Of a DNA stretch of 64,000 nucleotides, positions 1-8,201 are shown piece after piece. The DNA is from Candidatus Omnitrophota bacterium (lineage in GTDB: Bacteria > Omnitrophota > Gorgyraeia > Zapsychrales > Fredricksoniimonadaceae). The notes under the pieces were generated by a model. It ran no database searches, was not told where the DNA came from, and saw only the letters and a program-made list of their open reading frames with translations. How positions within the stretch are numbered: position 1 is the stretch's first letter; every line of letters begins with the position of its first letter. Location: positions 68,266 to 132,265 of the forward strand of contig CAJARJ010000012.1 of NCBI GenBank assembly GCA_903944345.1, written 5' to 3'. The position numbers and the translations under genes are program-made.

Positions 1-118
1 TCTCGTACTCAAAGGGGCTCATGTAATCAAGTGTTGATTGAGCCCCTTTACGATTATAGAACATCTCCACATATTCAAAGATCTTGCTTCTTGTTTCTTC
101 TCTGGTCCTAAACTTGTG

Positions 119-148
119 TTTAATTAGTGACACGCAGAATTGTTTCTT
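119..148. repeat. 30-bp direct-repeat module, left copy (TTAATTAGTGACACGCAGAATTGTTTCTT). The same 30-mer with one mismatch is at 8069..8098.
   Basis: Read directly from the sequence. It contains the 18-mer GTGACACGCAGAATTGTT (128..145). Confidence 0.7.
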
Positions 149-184
149 TCTTGTATCGTATAGATACGTAAATAAATGTAATAA

Positions 185-202
185 AACAATTCTGTGTGTC
201 AC
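185..202. repeat. Inverted partner 18-mer (AACAATTCTGTGTGTCAC) of the 128..145 arm, 39 bp away.
   Basis: It is the reverse complement of GTGACACACAGAATTGTT. An identical 18-mer is at 8173..8190. Confidence 0.7.
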
Positions 203-512
203 CGATTATCTTTACCGATTATCTTTAGCCTATTTTCTTAAAACACGATTTTCTATCAAAAAACTGAAAACCGCACTACTAGAACGGAAATCCATAAAAA
301 TCTTAATCTTGCCCTCGTTAATCTATTTCCGAATCCCCCGATGCGGATTCGTGCTTCCTGATTAACTAGCTTTGGAGCTCCAATCCTTAATGAAACTTTT
401 TGCTGTATTATTGCTTCCTTTGACCAAGATAAATAATTAAAGCAGAACAAAAATGAACTGTGAGCATAGCTTCCTGAAACTTTGGAGATTTCCCTTCTTT
501 AATATGCCTACC

Positions 513-1208
513 TTATTCGCTTGCAAAAGCCCACATTTTTTCAACAGCCGTATCAACTGGTTTAGGCAAATTGCGGTCTTTAATAAAAGCGCCTAATGTC
601 CCTTTAGAACCAGAAACTTCTCTCGCAAGGCATTCAAGTGAAGCCATACTATGTTGAATAGCTCCGGTAACATCAGGTTCCGGTCTTTTTGATAAATCCT
701 CTCCTGCATGTTTTAATTCATTTAAAGCAGTGGGTCGCCCAGAATCATGTAAAAGAGATTTGGCTTCAGTTGTTATTTGCTCATAATCGCCTTCACCTCG
801 CACGGAAAGCACTCCACCTTCCATCTTCCAGCCGATGCCTTTTTTAAGAAAGAAATTATTTAACCCTTTCTCGAAGAACCTATCTGTTGCATCTTTTCGA
901 GCAAAAATTTCACAAATATCATAAACTTCAAACCATTCACAGTTATCAATCAAACCTTCACATTCATTAAGGACATTAGGATCACTCCAATTTTGAGCTT
1001 CATCCGGCAAGGAATCTAGCGCCTCACAAATAATGCTGCGCAAAGCCCTTGCATTAAATCCGCTCTTTAATGCTACGGACAATATTCCTCTTCGCAGAAA
1101 ACCTGGGGCCTCATAACGAACAGTAATGGACACTGTAGGTGCTTGATACCCATGTCTCTCTGAAAATAAAGGTTTTGTATTCATAAGGATTATGTCGCGA
1201 ATAAACAA
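513..1208 (-). CDS. Hypothetical protein (231 aa). Possible abortive-infection/defence-associated protein, but no motif recognised.
   Basis: Long ORF in the AT-rich island. It begins with a TTG start in the ORF track. It lies 6 bp downstream of a small membrane-protein gene on the same strand. Confidence 0.45.
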   Translation of the reverse strand: MFIRDIILMNTKPLFSERHGYQAPTVSITVRYEAPGFLRRGILSVALKSGFNARALRSIICEALDSLPDEAQNWSDPNVLNECEGLIDNCEWFEVYDICEIFARKDATDRFFEKGLNNFFLKKGIGWKMEGGVLSVRGEGDYEQITTEAKSLLHDSGRPTALNELKHAGEDLSKRPEPDVTGAIQHSMASLECLAREVSGSKGTLGAFIKDRNLPKPVDTAVEKMWAFASE

Positions 1209-1214
1209 TTACTT

Positions 1215-1547
1215 TTACCGCTCCTGTCCTTTCAATTTCCCAAGACCTGTATCAATCCAATCTATAATGCGATACGAATATCCGGCAATTCCGATAACTG
1301 TACCAATAGATAAAATTAAATCGACCTTATCCAATGAAGCAACCCGGAAATCTGGATTGCGAATCAAGAGAAGATATAAGCAAACCCACCCGGCTAACGA
1401 ACCTATAAACTCCGACAAAAAGATACCAGACGCCAATATTTTCTCTCCCTTCTTCCAGCTCTTTCCTTCTTCCACACAGCCATGAACACCCCAGAAAACA
1501 CTGGCAACAAGCGATATCCCCAAAAACAACCAAAAAGAAATTTGCAT
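1215..1547 (-). CDS. Small integral membrane protein (110 aa, about 3 predicted TM helices).
   Basis: Hydrophobic segments in the translation. Tightly linked upstream of the 231-aa ORF. Confidence 0.4.
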   Translation of the reverse strand: MQISFWLFLGISLVASVFWGVHGCVEEGKSWKKGEKILASGIFLSEFIGSLAGWVCLYLLLIRNPDFRVASLDKVDLILSIGTVIGIAGYSYRIIDWIDTGLGKLKGQER

Positions 1548-1710
1548 ATTATTCTCTCTTTCAGACTACCATCTTAATCCGTTTAATTGTACCCAATCCA
1601 TCGCTACGCGTTCATATTTCCAAAGATATAGGCCCTAACGCCAAATGAAGGAAAGAAATCATATTTTATCTTTCAAATTACAGTCCGAAACCTACTTTAA
1701 GTCAAATGTG

Positions 1711-2334
1711 TTAGACATTGCCAATATCTAATATCAAACGCGAACCATCCACCTCGGCTCCTATTCCGATTAAACGATCCCACCTCACGATATTGCCCTC
1801 TTTGCATTTATCTCTAAAACATTGAATCTGCTTAGCAAGATTAGAAATAGAATAAACTCGATATGTGATCCAAACCACTTCTCCTTTTGGTACAGATAAC
1901 GATCCAATAATCCGGTCATCCTCAGAACCTGGTTGTATAAAACCTGATTTTGTAATCCAAACATCCATTTCTGTTACCATATCGTCAGGCGCATTGGGTA
2001 TCCAACAAATGCCCTTCTTATGATCAACCTGATTAAGATTAACCTCAGATGATGGTGTAATAATGCGAAATGCTAATATTTCACCAGGTCTCATTTCCTT
2101 TGGGCGTTCCCAGATATCCAGATGCCTTATCTTTGACTTATCAAAAGTGTTTTCTGCGCTATCCCAATACTCTTCTGTAAATCCTATTTGCCAACTACCT
2201 GATTCATGCATACTTGCTTTCAAGGAACCTAAAGAACGACAAGTCAAATAGATATCTGGCGTTGTTTTGGACACAAAACAATTCCAAGTAGCCGCTTCAA
2301 AAGTTCCACTTTTAATGCCAAATCTTAAACACAT
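1711..2334 (-). CDS. Hypothetical protein (207 aa).
   Basis: ORF in the AT-rich island. No recognisable motif. Confidence 0.4.
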   Translation of the reverse strand: MCLRFGIKSGTFEAATWNCFVSKTTPDIYLTCRSLGSLKASMHESGSWQIGFTEEYWDSAENTFDKSKIRHLDIWERPKEMRPGEILAFRIITPSSEVNLNQVDHKKGICWIPNAPDDMVTEMDVWITKSGFIQPGSEDDRIIGSLSVPKGEVVWITYRVYSISNLAKQIQCFRDKCKEGNIVRWDRLIGIGAEVDGSRLILDIGNV

Positions 2335-2543
2335 CTTTTAGAACCCACTCTAAAGAACTTACCAATCGGACAATATTTAACAGATCAAACTTCTCTGCCC
2401 TAGAATTAAACTCAAATGAACCCATGCCAACTCCTCATCATCTAAAAACAAGATAATACTTCTTACCAATTCAATCTAATTTACCAATCTATATTAACCA
2501 AAATAAACACCTTACCAACCAATCCCACCCCTAATAAATAACT

Positions 2544-2656
2544 CCATTTTGCTTGGGGTTGTTCAAGACCCCTCCCCCTATCACAACCTATGGTTGAGGG
2601 GGTGGGGTCTTGAACGAACTGAAGAGCAAAGCGATTCAGAACCCCATGCAAAATGG
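2544..2656. repeat. Nested imperfect inverted repeat / long hairpin. Outer arms 2544..2558 and 2642..2656; inner 19-bp arms 2561..2579 and 2597..2615; side hairpin 2619..2639.
   Basis: Seen in the sequence. GTTCAAGACCCCTCCCCCT pairs with AGGGGGTGGGGTCTTGAAC. CCATTTTGCTTGGGG pairs with CCCCATGCAAAATGG. It lies in a 460-bp intergenic gap. Confidence 0.45.
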
Positions 2657-2793
2657 CAACTTAAGAAATCAAAAGATTACAGGAACATTTCCAATCTGTA
2701 ATTCAGCAGTAATAAATCTGTAATAAGAAACCCTGTAGAAAAAGCGCCAGAAGGCGCCTTCAAAGACATTAAACTAACTTCAACCTAATCTTT

Positions 2794-3522
2794 CTAAACA
2801 GGCTCATCTTTCTTTTGCGCCTTAGCCGCAGCCAACACAAACGCACAGAGGCCAACAAAAATTGCTGCCGCTAAAGCCACCAACAATAACGGACACAAAA
2901 TTCCAGCGATCACATAAAGCAAGAAAAAGAACCCGTCCTTGAGCCAATTAAAACTTTGCTGTTTGACCTTCTTGGCGACAACATCAAACCAGATATCGTT
3001 ATAAAAGTCTATCGGCATGACCTTGTAAGGCGGATTCTCAAAGCAATAAGCATCCGCCTTCTGCAATCCAGTTGCAATTAGCTCAGAACAAAAATAGGAA
3101 TCATTTACATTAAAACAATCACCCAAAAACTTCTTGTCCAACAGGAAATGCAATCCAGCTGGAAGAAAGTTGAACAACGCGAAATAGATCAACGCCCGAA
3201 AATCATACTTCTTTGATTCTTCACCTTTACAAAAAGCTACAACCTTAGCGATAGCCTGTGCATTCGCTTTTATCGGTCGCAGCGCAAGCAGATCTAATTT
3301 CTCCGTCAAATACGCTTCCTTAAAACTCCTTTTGACGATTCCTCCAGGAAATGCCTCAACAACTTGTCCATATCCGATATATAGCGCCGCATGAGTCCAA
3401 CCACGATCCCCATACCCCCTTTTGAAGAAATTGGCCGTTCTGATCGGAAGCGACCCAAGCTCAAATCCCCTGCCGCAGGTCAAAACGACATCGCCCGGTT
3501 GAAGTTTTTCTTCTAAAGACAT
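2794..3522 (-). CDS. YiiX/YaeF (DUF830) family permuted papain-like cysteine peptidase with a C-terminal TM anchor.
   Basis: Motifs GWTHAALYIG and CSELI, with a C-terminal hydrophobic helix. It lies 18 bp downstream of the His-rich ORF on the same strand. Confidence 0.5.
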   Translation of the reverse strand: MSLEEKLQPGDVVLTCGRGFELGSLPIRTANFFKRGYGDRGWTHAALYIGYGQVVEAFPGGIVKRSFKEAYLTEKLDLLALRPIKANAQAIAKVVAFCKGEESKKYDFRALIYFALFNFLPAGLHFLLDKKFLGDCFNVNDSYFCSELIATGLQKADAYCFENPPYKVMPIDFYNDIWFDVVAKKVKQQSFNWLKDGFFFLLYVIAGILCPLLLVALAAAIFVGLCAFVLAAAKAQKKDEPV

Positions 3523-3540
3523 AAATCCCCCCTCATGCCA

Positions 3541-3924
3541 TTAGGCTAAAAATACTGCCTGCTGACGATTTGCTGGCTGCTTAATTACCCAAAGACGATA
3601 CCCTTTTCCATCCGAGTCCGGCTCGCGATCTGGAAGATCTTCATGAGAAATGTATTCCCAATGCACTTCATCAAAGAAATAATGGTGCTCCCTGAAATAA
3701 TGATAAAGCAATACCGCTCGAGCAACATTATACGGTGACAAGAAATGATCAGGATGATGCTGCTTGATGTATTCAAGGTCTAAGCGAAAATGGTATTGAA
3801 AAGAATCTTCCACAATTTTCTGATGACAATTATTATCGCGATAGGAAACGAAACAAATAACATCATCCCAATCGACCCGATCCTGGCTTTGCCTTCCATA
3901 AACCTTCATACAAATCGGAACCAT
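3541..3924 (-). CDS. His-rich hypothetical protein (127 aa). Last gene of the nucleotidyltransferase operon.
   Basis: ORF starts 3 bp after the stop of the upstream nucleotidyltransferase gene. Confidence 0.4.
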   Translation of the reverse strand: MVPICMKVYGRQSQDRVDWDDVICFVSYRDNNCHQKIVEDSFQYHFRLDLEYIKQHHPDHFLSPYNVARAVLLYHYFREHHYFFDEVHWEYISHEDLPDREPDSDGKGYRLWVIKQPANRQQAVFLA

Positions 3925-3927
3925 TTG

Positions 3928-4755
3928 TTACTCCTCACTAAGCTCGCAAGGCAAAGGTAAGAATTCAGCAAACGCAGCCGCCGCTTCAGCCGCAAAGCCC
4001 TTATTCTCTAACGACTGAACACATTGAACAAAATCTTTCAATTTATGAATTAACTCGCGCTTCCTTTCGGCTTCCATGTATCCGATATCAAACCTATCAA
4101 CAAACCGATAGAAGTGAGCACATATTGATTTGGGTGATTCATCAAAAATTGATTCAGCACTCTCAACGATTTCAACCACCTTTTGTTCAATAAAGAACGA
4201 TTCAAAAAGATACCCATTCTTTGCATTCCAATATTTGATTATTCTGACCAGTGGCTTTATGAGCCCAGAAAATTTGGTGTTCACGCTGGAAAGCTTGTCA
4301 TTGAAACCTTTTGGATCTGTATCCATCCAGTCATCCCCACATAACGACTTTACTGGAATCTTCAGCCCGCCCGACCACCGAGATTTTCTTGCCGGAACCA
4401 ACTCAAAGTTAATATGATTCAACGACAATACGATTGCCGGCGCTGACTGCGCGATTTCAGATTTTGCATAGCTTGACTCGACAAAACGACGCAATCTATC
4501 TAAATACGTCTGTGGTCTATTATATGGATCAGCAAAGACTACCATTAAGTCCACATCCGAATTCTGATCGACACTACGAGGTAGAATAGTCCCTCGACTA
4601 TACGATCCAAAAATAAAGCTATCCACAATCTCTTGTCCCAAAGACGTATTTAGCCGCTCTTGTAACGTTGAAATTGATTTCTTAAGGCCGAGCTTCTCGC
4701 CATCGTCAACACCGACAAAATCGACCAATTCTAAAAGGTACCTATTTACCGACAT
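3928..4755 (-). CDS. SMODS/CD-NTase-like nucleotidyltransferase (Pol-beta superfamily), second copy in the operon.
   Basis: Motif GSYSRGTILPRSVDQNSDVDLMVVF (GS...DxD) and a downstream FELVP acidic residue. Start chosen at MSVNRYL with a GGAG ribosome-binding site; it overlaps the upstream gene's stop by 11 bp. Confidence 0.55.
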   Translation of the reverse strand: MSVNRYLLELVDFVGVDDGEKLGLKKSISTLQERLNTSLGQEIVDSFIFGSYSRGTILPRSVDQNSDVDLMVVFADPYNRPQTYLDRLRRFVESSYAKSEIAQSAPAIVLSLNHINFELVPARKSRWSGGLKIPVKSLCGDDWMDTDPKGFNDKLSSVNTKFSGLIKPLVRIIKYWNAKNGYLFESFFIEQKVVEIVESAESIFDESPKSICAHFYRFVDRFDIGYMEAERKRELIHKLKDFVQCVQSLENKGFAAEAAAAFAEFLPLPCELSEE

Positions 4756-5251
4756 GCCCCGCTCCATCCACTCCGTACTGCGATCTGCCGGAATCAATAT
4801 CAGTTTTTGCCAACTCATAATCTTTACGGCCCACCGCCAGTGCGGTCTGATTTAATTCATCTCGCATTCTGGACAATGACAATAACCGTTGCTTTGCGGC
4901 ATTAACATCTGCCTCCACCACTTCTATCTGCCTAAAAATACGTGCCGCATTTCGTAGGGCTAAATATTGTCCGCCATACGTTTTATGCTTTTCCGATCTT
5001 TCCGAAGGGCGTAAAAACGTCAACACTGTCGTTAATGCCGCCGATGCGACAGCACAGGCCACGGCCCAACTGGGAGCCTTCTGAACGACAGAAACACCAG
5101 CCAGTGCGGCAACAACAGAAGCAGGAATTCCAATTAACAAATGATACCCATTCCATCTATCTGCGGCGTTATATTGCCCCTTTGCAGAATGCTCCGAGTC
5201 TTCTTCGATTCTCTTTGCTTCCTTAATCATTTCCTGAATAATTTCAGCCAT
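4742..5251 (-). CDS. SLATT-like 2-TM protein, candidate membrane effector.
   Basis: Two central hydrophobic helices flanked by charged helices. A GGAGG ribosome-binding site sits 5 nt upstream of ATG (MAEIIQEM). Positioned between the two nucleotidyltransferase genes. Confidence 0.45.
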   Translation of the reverse strand: MAEIIQEMIKEAKRIEEDSEHSAKGQYNAADRWNGYHLLIGIPASVVAALAGVSVVQKAPSWAVACAVASAALTTVLTFLRPSERSEKHKTYGGQYLALRNAARIFRQIEVVEADVNAAKQRLLSLSRMRDELNQTALAVGRKDYELAKTDIDSGRSQYGVDGAGHVGK

Positions 5252-5268
5252 ACCGCCTCCAAAATCAA

Positions 5269-6330
5269 TCAAAACGTTTCACCGAAGATTTGCCGCCAAA
5301 GTTCAATCGCCTGATCTTGATTTCCAACCTGCTCAGCCTCAAATGCCAACCGGGCAACGCCAGCCATCTTGTTGACAATAAAACGATGGTGATCGGAAAC
5401 ATCCCCCGGAGAAACCAATGGAGCTTGATTCACAAATGACGACAAACTCCCCGAGCTTATCGCGACATTCACGGCATAGAAAGCAAAAGCAACTGCTTCC
5501 GATACTTTTGCAGCATAGTTTCCAGCGCTATTTGAATCCAGAAACCTCCTCGCTATGGCGAGCTCAACATAGTATGACTGCAACGCTCCGTTCAGCGCCT
5601 CCTTGTTCCAAAACTTGAGTATTTTAATCGCCTTCTTATATGACCGAGCATTATTCTGATGAAGCTTATTAGCAATTTCTTTATCAACTTTCGGATTGGT
5701 TCTAATCCATCCGTCCTGTCCGTCGGGTATTAAATAAAATTTCGCTTCACTTATTGCATCTGGCCGCATAAGAAAACAGGGAACGACATCAAACCCGAGA
5801 CCATCTTCGTCCTCGGTTTCGCCATGGGCCATCGCAATTCTTACGGCCTCCCCGTCAGGACGTACATCTGTTCTCGGATAATGCCTCTGAAGAACAGCAG
5901 ACAACCCACTGATCAGCTTTCTGGAAGATATGTAACTTCCGGACATCCATCGGGCAGTCAGTAAGGGATTGCTCGATAAGACACCATCTGAAACGACTGT
6001 ATAGGGAAGGCGTAATCCATCTTGAAGATAATTGAGACTGTACCCATCTAAAGGAAAATAAATATCAATATCATCAAGCGGCCATATTTTTGTGTGACGT
6101 GCAAACGATCCACCTAAAAAATCCCGATCCTGAACTGACAACACACTCGGAAAAGTTTGATCATTCTGATACTCGGATGATAAAAAATCTCTCAAATGAT
6201 TCTGGCTGTCACTAGCTTTCGACCTAATCCCATCCTCTATATTGATCTGCTTCCTCAACAACTCATCAAATGCACCGTTGACAGCGCTGCTCGCGGATTC
6301 TTTCAAAATAGCATTCAGTAATGCGCTCAT
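5269..6330 (-). CDS. SMODS/CD-NTase-like nucleotidyltransferase (Pol-beta superfamily), first copy, 353 aa.
   Basis: Motif GGSFARHTKIWPLDDIDIYF (GS...DxD) and a third acidic residue in GFDVVP. A GGAGG ribosome-binding site precedes the ATG. Confidence 0.55.
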   Translation of the reverse strand: MSALLNAILKESASSAVNGAFDELLRKQINIEDGIRSKASDSQNHLRDFLSSEYQNDQTFPSVLSVQDRDFLGGSFARHTKIWPLDDIDIYFPLDGYSLNYLQDGLRLPYTVVSDGVLSSNPLLTARWMSGSYISSRKLISGLSAVLQRHYPRTDVRPDGEAVRIAMAHGETEDEDGLGFDVVPCFLMRPDAISEAKFYLIPDGQDGWIRTNPKVDKEIANKLHQNNARSYKKAIKILKFWNKEALNGALQSYYVELAIARRFLDSNSAGNYAAKVSEAVAFAFYAVNVAISSGSLSSFVNQAPLVSPGDVSDHHRFIVNKMAGVARLAFEAEQVGNQDQAIELWRQIFGETF

Positions 6331-6334
6331 CCTT

Positions 6335-6547
6335 CTACCTCCCGTTAATCAAATCATTAAGGGAGGCCACACGCTTATGGTCCAGCAATGTATCCAAATG
6401 CATATCGGCTCGAACGCCAAGATCTACACCATACTTCTTTTCGATAGTGCCAATATGAGTATCGCCTCGCTTCGCGCGAAGCGGTCCTGCTTCAGTTCTC
6501 GATCTGCAACCTCTCATACCTGGAGCATCGTTCTTACATTTACTCAT
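6335..6547 (-). CDS. Small hypothetical protein (70 aa). First gene of the operon.
   Basis: An AGGAGG ribosome-binding site sits 6 nt upstream of ATG (MSKCKND). Its stop is 4 bp before the NTase-1 start. Confidence 0.4.
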   Translation of the reverse strand: MSKCKNDAPGMRGCRSRTEAGPLRAKRGDTHIGTIEKKYGVDLGVRADMHLDTLLDHKRVASLNDLINGR

Positions 6548-6838
6548 GGGAACCTCCTGTGTTTTTATTTGATTAAACTTGACGATTCCCATGTTGACTG
6601 GTCTAATACAGACAAAAAGGGAACAGAAGTCTCGTTTCAAGCGACCTTCCAAATTTCTCTTAAGCCCTCGGTTGCCGCCGAGGGCTTTTTCTTTCTATAA
6701 ATAATGTCTTCTGTATATCATTTCCCACCATTAGTAGTATACATCTCTTAAAGAATACCAATATATTGATTTCCTGTCAAGAATAAAAAACCACTCATAC
6801 GTGTGGCCACAAATCAATATCTTAAAAATTCCATGTTC

Positions 6839-6859
6839 TTTTACGCTTATAGCGTAAAA
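6839..6859. promoter_or_regulatory. Perfect 21-bp palindrome TTTTACGC-TTATA-GCGTAAAA, candidate operator.
   Basis: Seen in the sequence. It lies between the ImmA-like gene and the nucleotidyltransferase operon, inside its promoter region. Confidence 0.4.
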
Positions 6860-6875
6860 CGTAAATAAAAAAATA

Positions 6876-7586
6876 TTACCGCTCTCTAAGATCACGGTAA
6901 CTATCAATACCATTAAGCTGAAGTTCAAAATCATCTTCGGCAAGCGACAACAGCCCCAAGTTCTGTAAACGAATTGTAGCCGCCTGTTTTGAAACGTCGA
7001 ACAACCTCACTAAAGTGTTAACCAAAAACTCGTGATCGTTAGACTTTGATCGAATCTGCTTTACACATTGTTCAAAGATCGACCGTGGCATTAGTAAGGC
7101 TGCCGCTCCCCGATTCGCTTGCCACTCCGTATAATCACCAACCTTGGGCTGATCGTTTCCAACGTCTTCCTTAATTGTATGATTATGACAGAACAGCCTC
7201 CCCGCACCTTGAAAAAGAGGGCCATGAACTAACGCGTGAAACGACTCATGAGCACATGTAAAACGAAAACGCCCGCGCACCTGAACAGCGTTTCTTTCCT
7301 TGTATAAGCCTGCGCTTATCCTAATTAAACATGACTTGTCTTGATTAAAGACAGTCGCGCCTAAGACCCCAGACGGCAAATCAGAATCATCAGGACTGTA
7401 CTCAACGCGCTCCTTAAATAGCCGGTCGATAAAATTTCCGACATCGATGGCAGGACGATTGACATCAATCTTGCCTCCGCAAAAGCGGTAGTACCGCTCC
7501 TCCATGAAGTCATCGATATCAGCTCCCGAACAGATTAACCTCCGTCCGTAAGTAGCCTGATTGTCTGTTATCCAACGCATTGCCAT
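6876..7586 (-). CDS. ImmA/IrrE-family zinc metallopeptidase (CapP-like).
   Basis: HExxH motif (CAHESFHALVH). Immediately downstream of an XRE HTH gene. Confidence 0.6.
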   Translation of the reverse strand: MAMRWITDNQATYGRRLICSGADIDDFMEERYYRFCGGKIDVNRPAIDVGNFIDRLFKERVEYSPDDSDLPSGVLGATVFNQDKSCLIRISAGLYKERNAVQVRGRFRFTCAHESFHALVHGPLFQGAGRLFCHNHTIKEDVGNDQPKVGDYTEWQANRGAAALLMPRSIFEQCVKQIRSKSNDHEFLVNTLVRLFDVSKQAATIRLQNLGLLSLAEDDFELQLNGIDSYRDLRER

Positions 7587-7598
7587 ACTTTGCTCTCA

Positions 7599-7955
7599 TT
7601 ACTTGTCCAATTCCTTCTTTAAACGCTCAAGAACACCCGGGTCAGCTTGAGCCTTCTCTGCTATGCGACGAAACAACACCCCGACCTCTACTTCCTTGTT
7701 CACGGCATCTTCAATAATCGGGTCAACCTTGCCTGCCTTGCCCAACAGCTCTTGCACATCTAGATTCAAAACTTTCGCAAGCTGAACAACAACCTTCCCG
7801 GTTGGAGGATTGCGCCTCCCCTGCTCGATATCATTCAAATATGATACCGAAATGGCGTTTCCATCATCATTAAGTACGGCTTCGCAAACCTTGCGTAAAC
7901 TATATTCCAGCCTGAGCCGCTGTTGCTTTATATTTTGCCCAAATGTAATTACCAT
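7599..7955 (-). CDS. XRE-family helix-turn-helix transcriptional regulator (CapH-like).
   Basis: N-terminal HTH (QQRLRLEYSLRKVCEAV...SYLNDIEQGRR). Paired with the ImmA-like peptidase. Confidence 0.6.
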   Translation of the reverse strand: MVITFGQNIKQQRLRLEYSLRKVCEAVLNDDGNAISVSYLNDIEQGRRNPPTGKVVVQLAKVLNLDVQELLGKAGKVDPIIEDAVNKEVEVGVLFRRIAEKAQADPGVLERLKKELDK

Positions 7956-8068
7956 GTCCTCATAAGCATACAGCGTAACGCTGGAGTGTCAAGAAGAATA
8001 TTGGAGAACCACACTATGACTAATAAATATGGCGGGATTTTAAAACTTACGGATTATCAATATTCTAG

Positions 8069-8098
8069 TTAATTAGTGACACACAGAATTGTTTCTTG
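8069..8098. repeat. 30-bp direct-repeat module, right copy (TTAATTAGTGACACACAGAATTGTTTCTT).
   Basis: 29 of 30 positions identical to 119..148. A TTGACA hexamer sits at 8096..8101. Confidence 0.7.
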
Positions 8099-8172
8099 AC
8101 ATTCTTTACGACAATTAAACTTGTTGCACTCTGGATTTTTTCATTGCAGTAGAATGTAACAGAATGTGATAG

Positions 8173-8190
8173 AACAATTCTGTGTGTCAC
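8173..8190. repeat. Inverted partner 18-mer AACAATTCTGTGTGTCAC, 78 bp from 8077..8094.
   Basis: Identical to 185..202. Confidence 0.7.
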
Positions 8191-8201
8191 CAGTTCCTTA
8201 T

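Noticed and set aside
11-49. Hairpin AAAGGGGCTCA...TGAGCCCCTTT at the window start, as a terminator.
   Set aside because: No flanking U-tract on either strand, and its context is truncated by the window edge. It is left unannotated.
84-365. 93-aa plus-strand ORF at the island edge.
   Set aside because: It is extremely AT-rich with a low-complexity translation and overlaps the repeat module. It is most likely non-coding.
119-8190. CRISPR array.
   Set aside because: Only two copies of the repeat module occur, separated by 8 kb of coding sequence. There is no repeat-spacer periodicity anywhere in the window.
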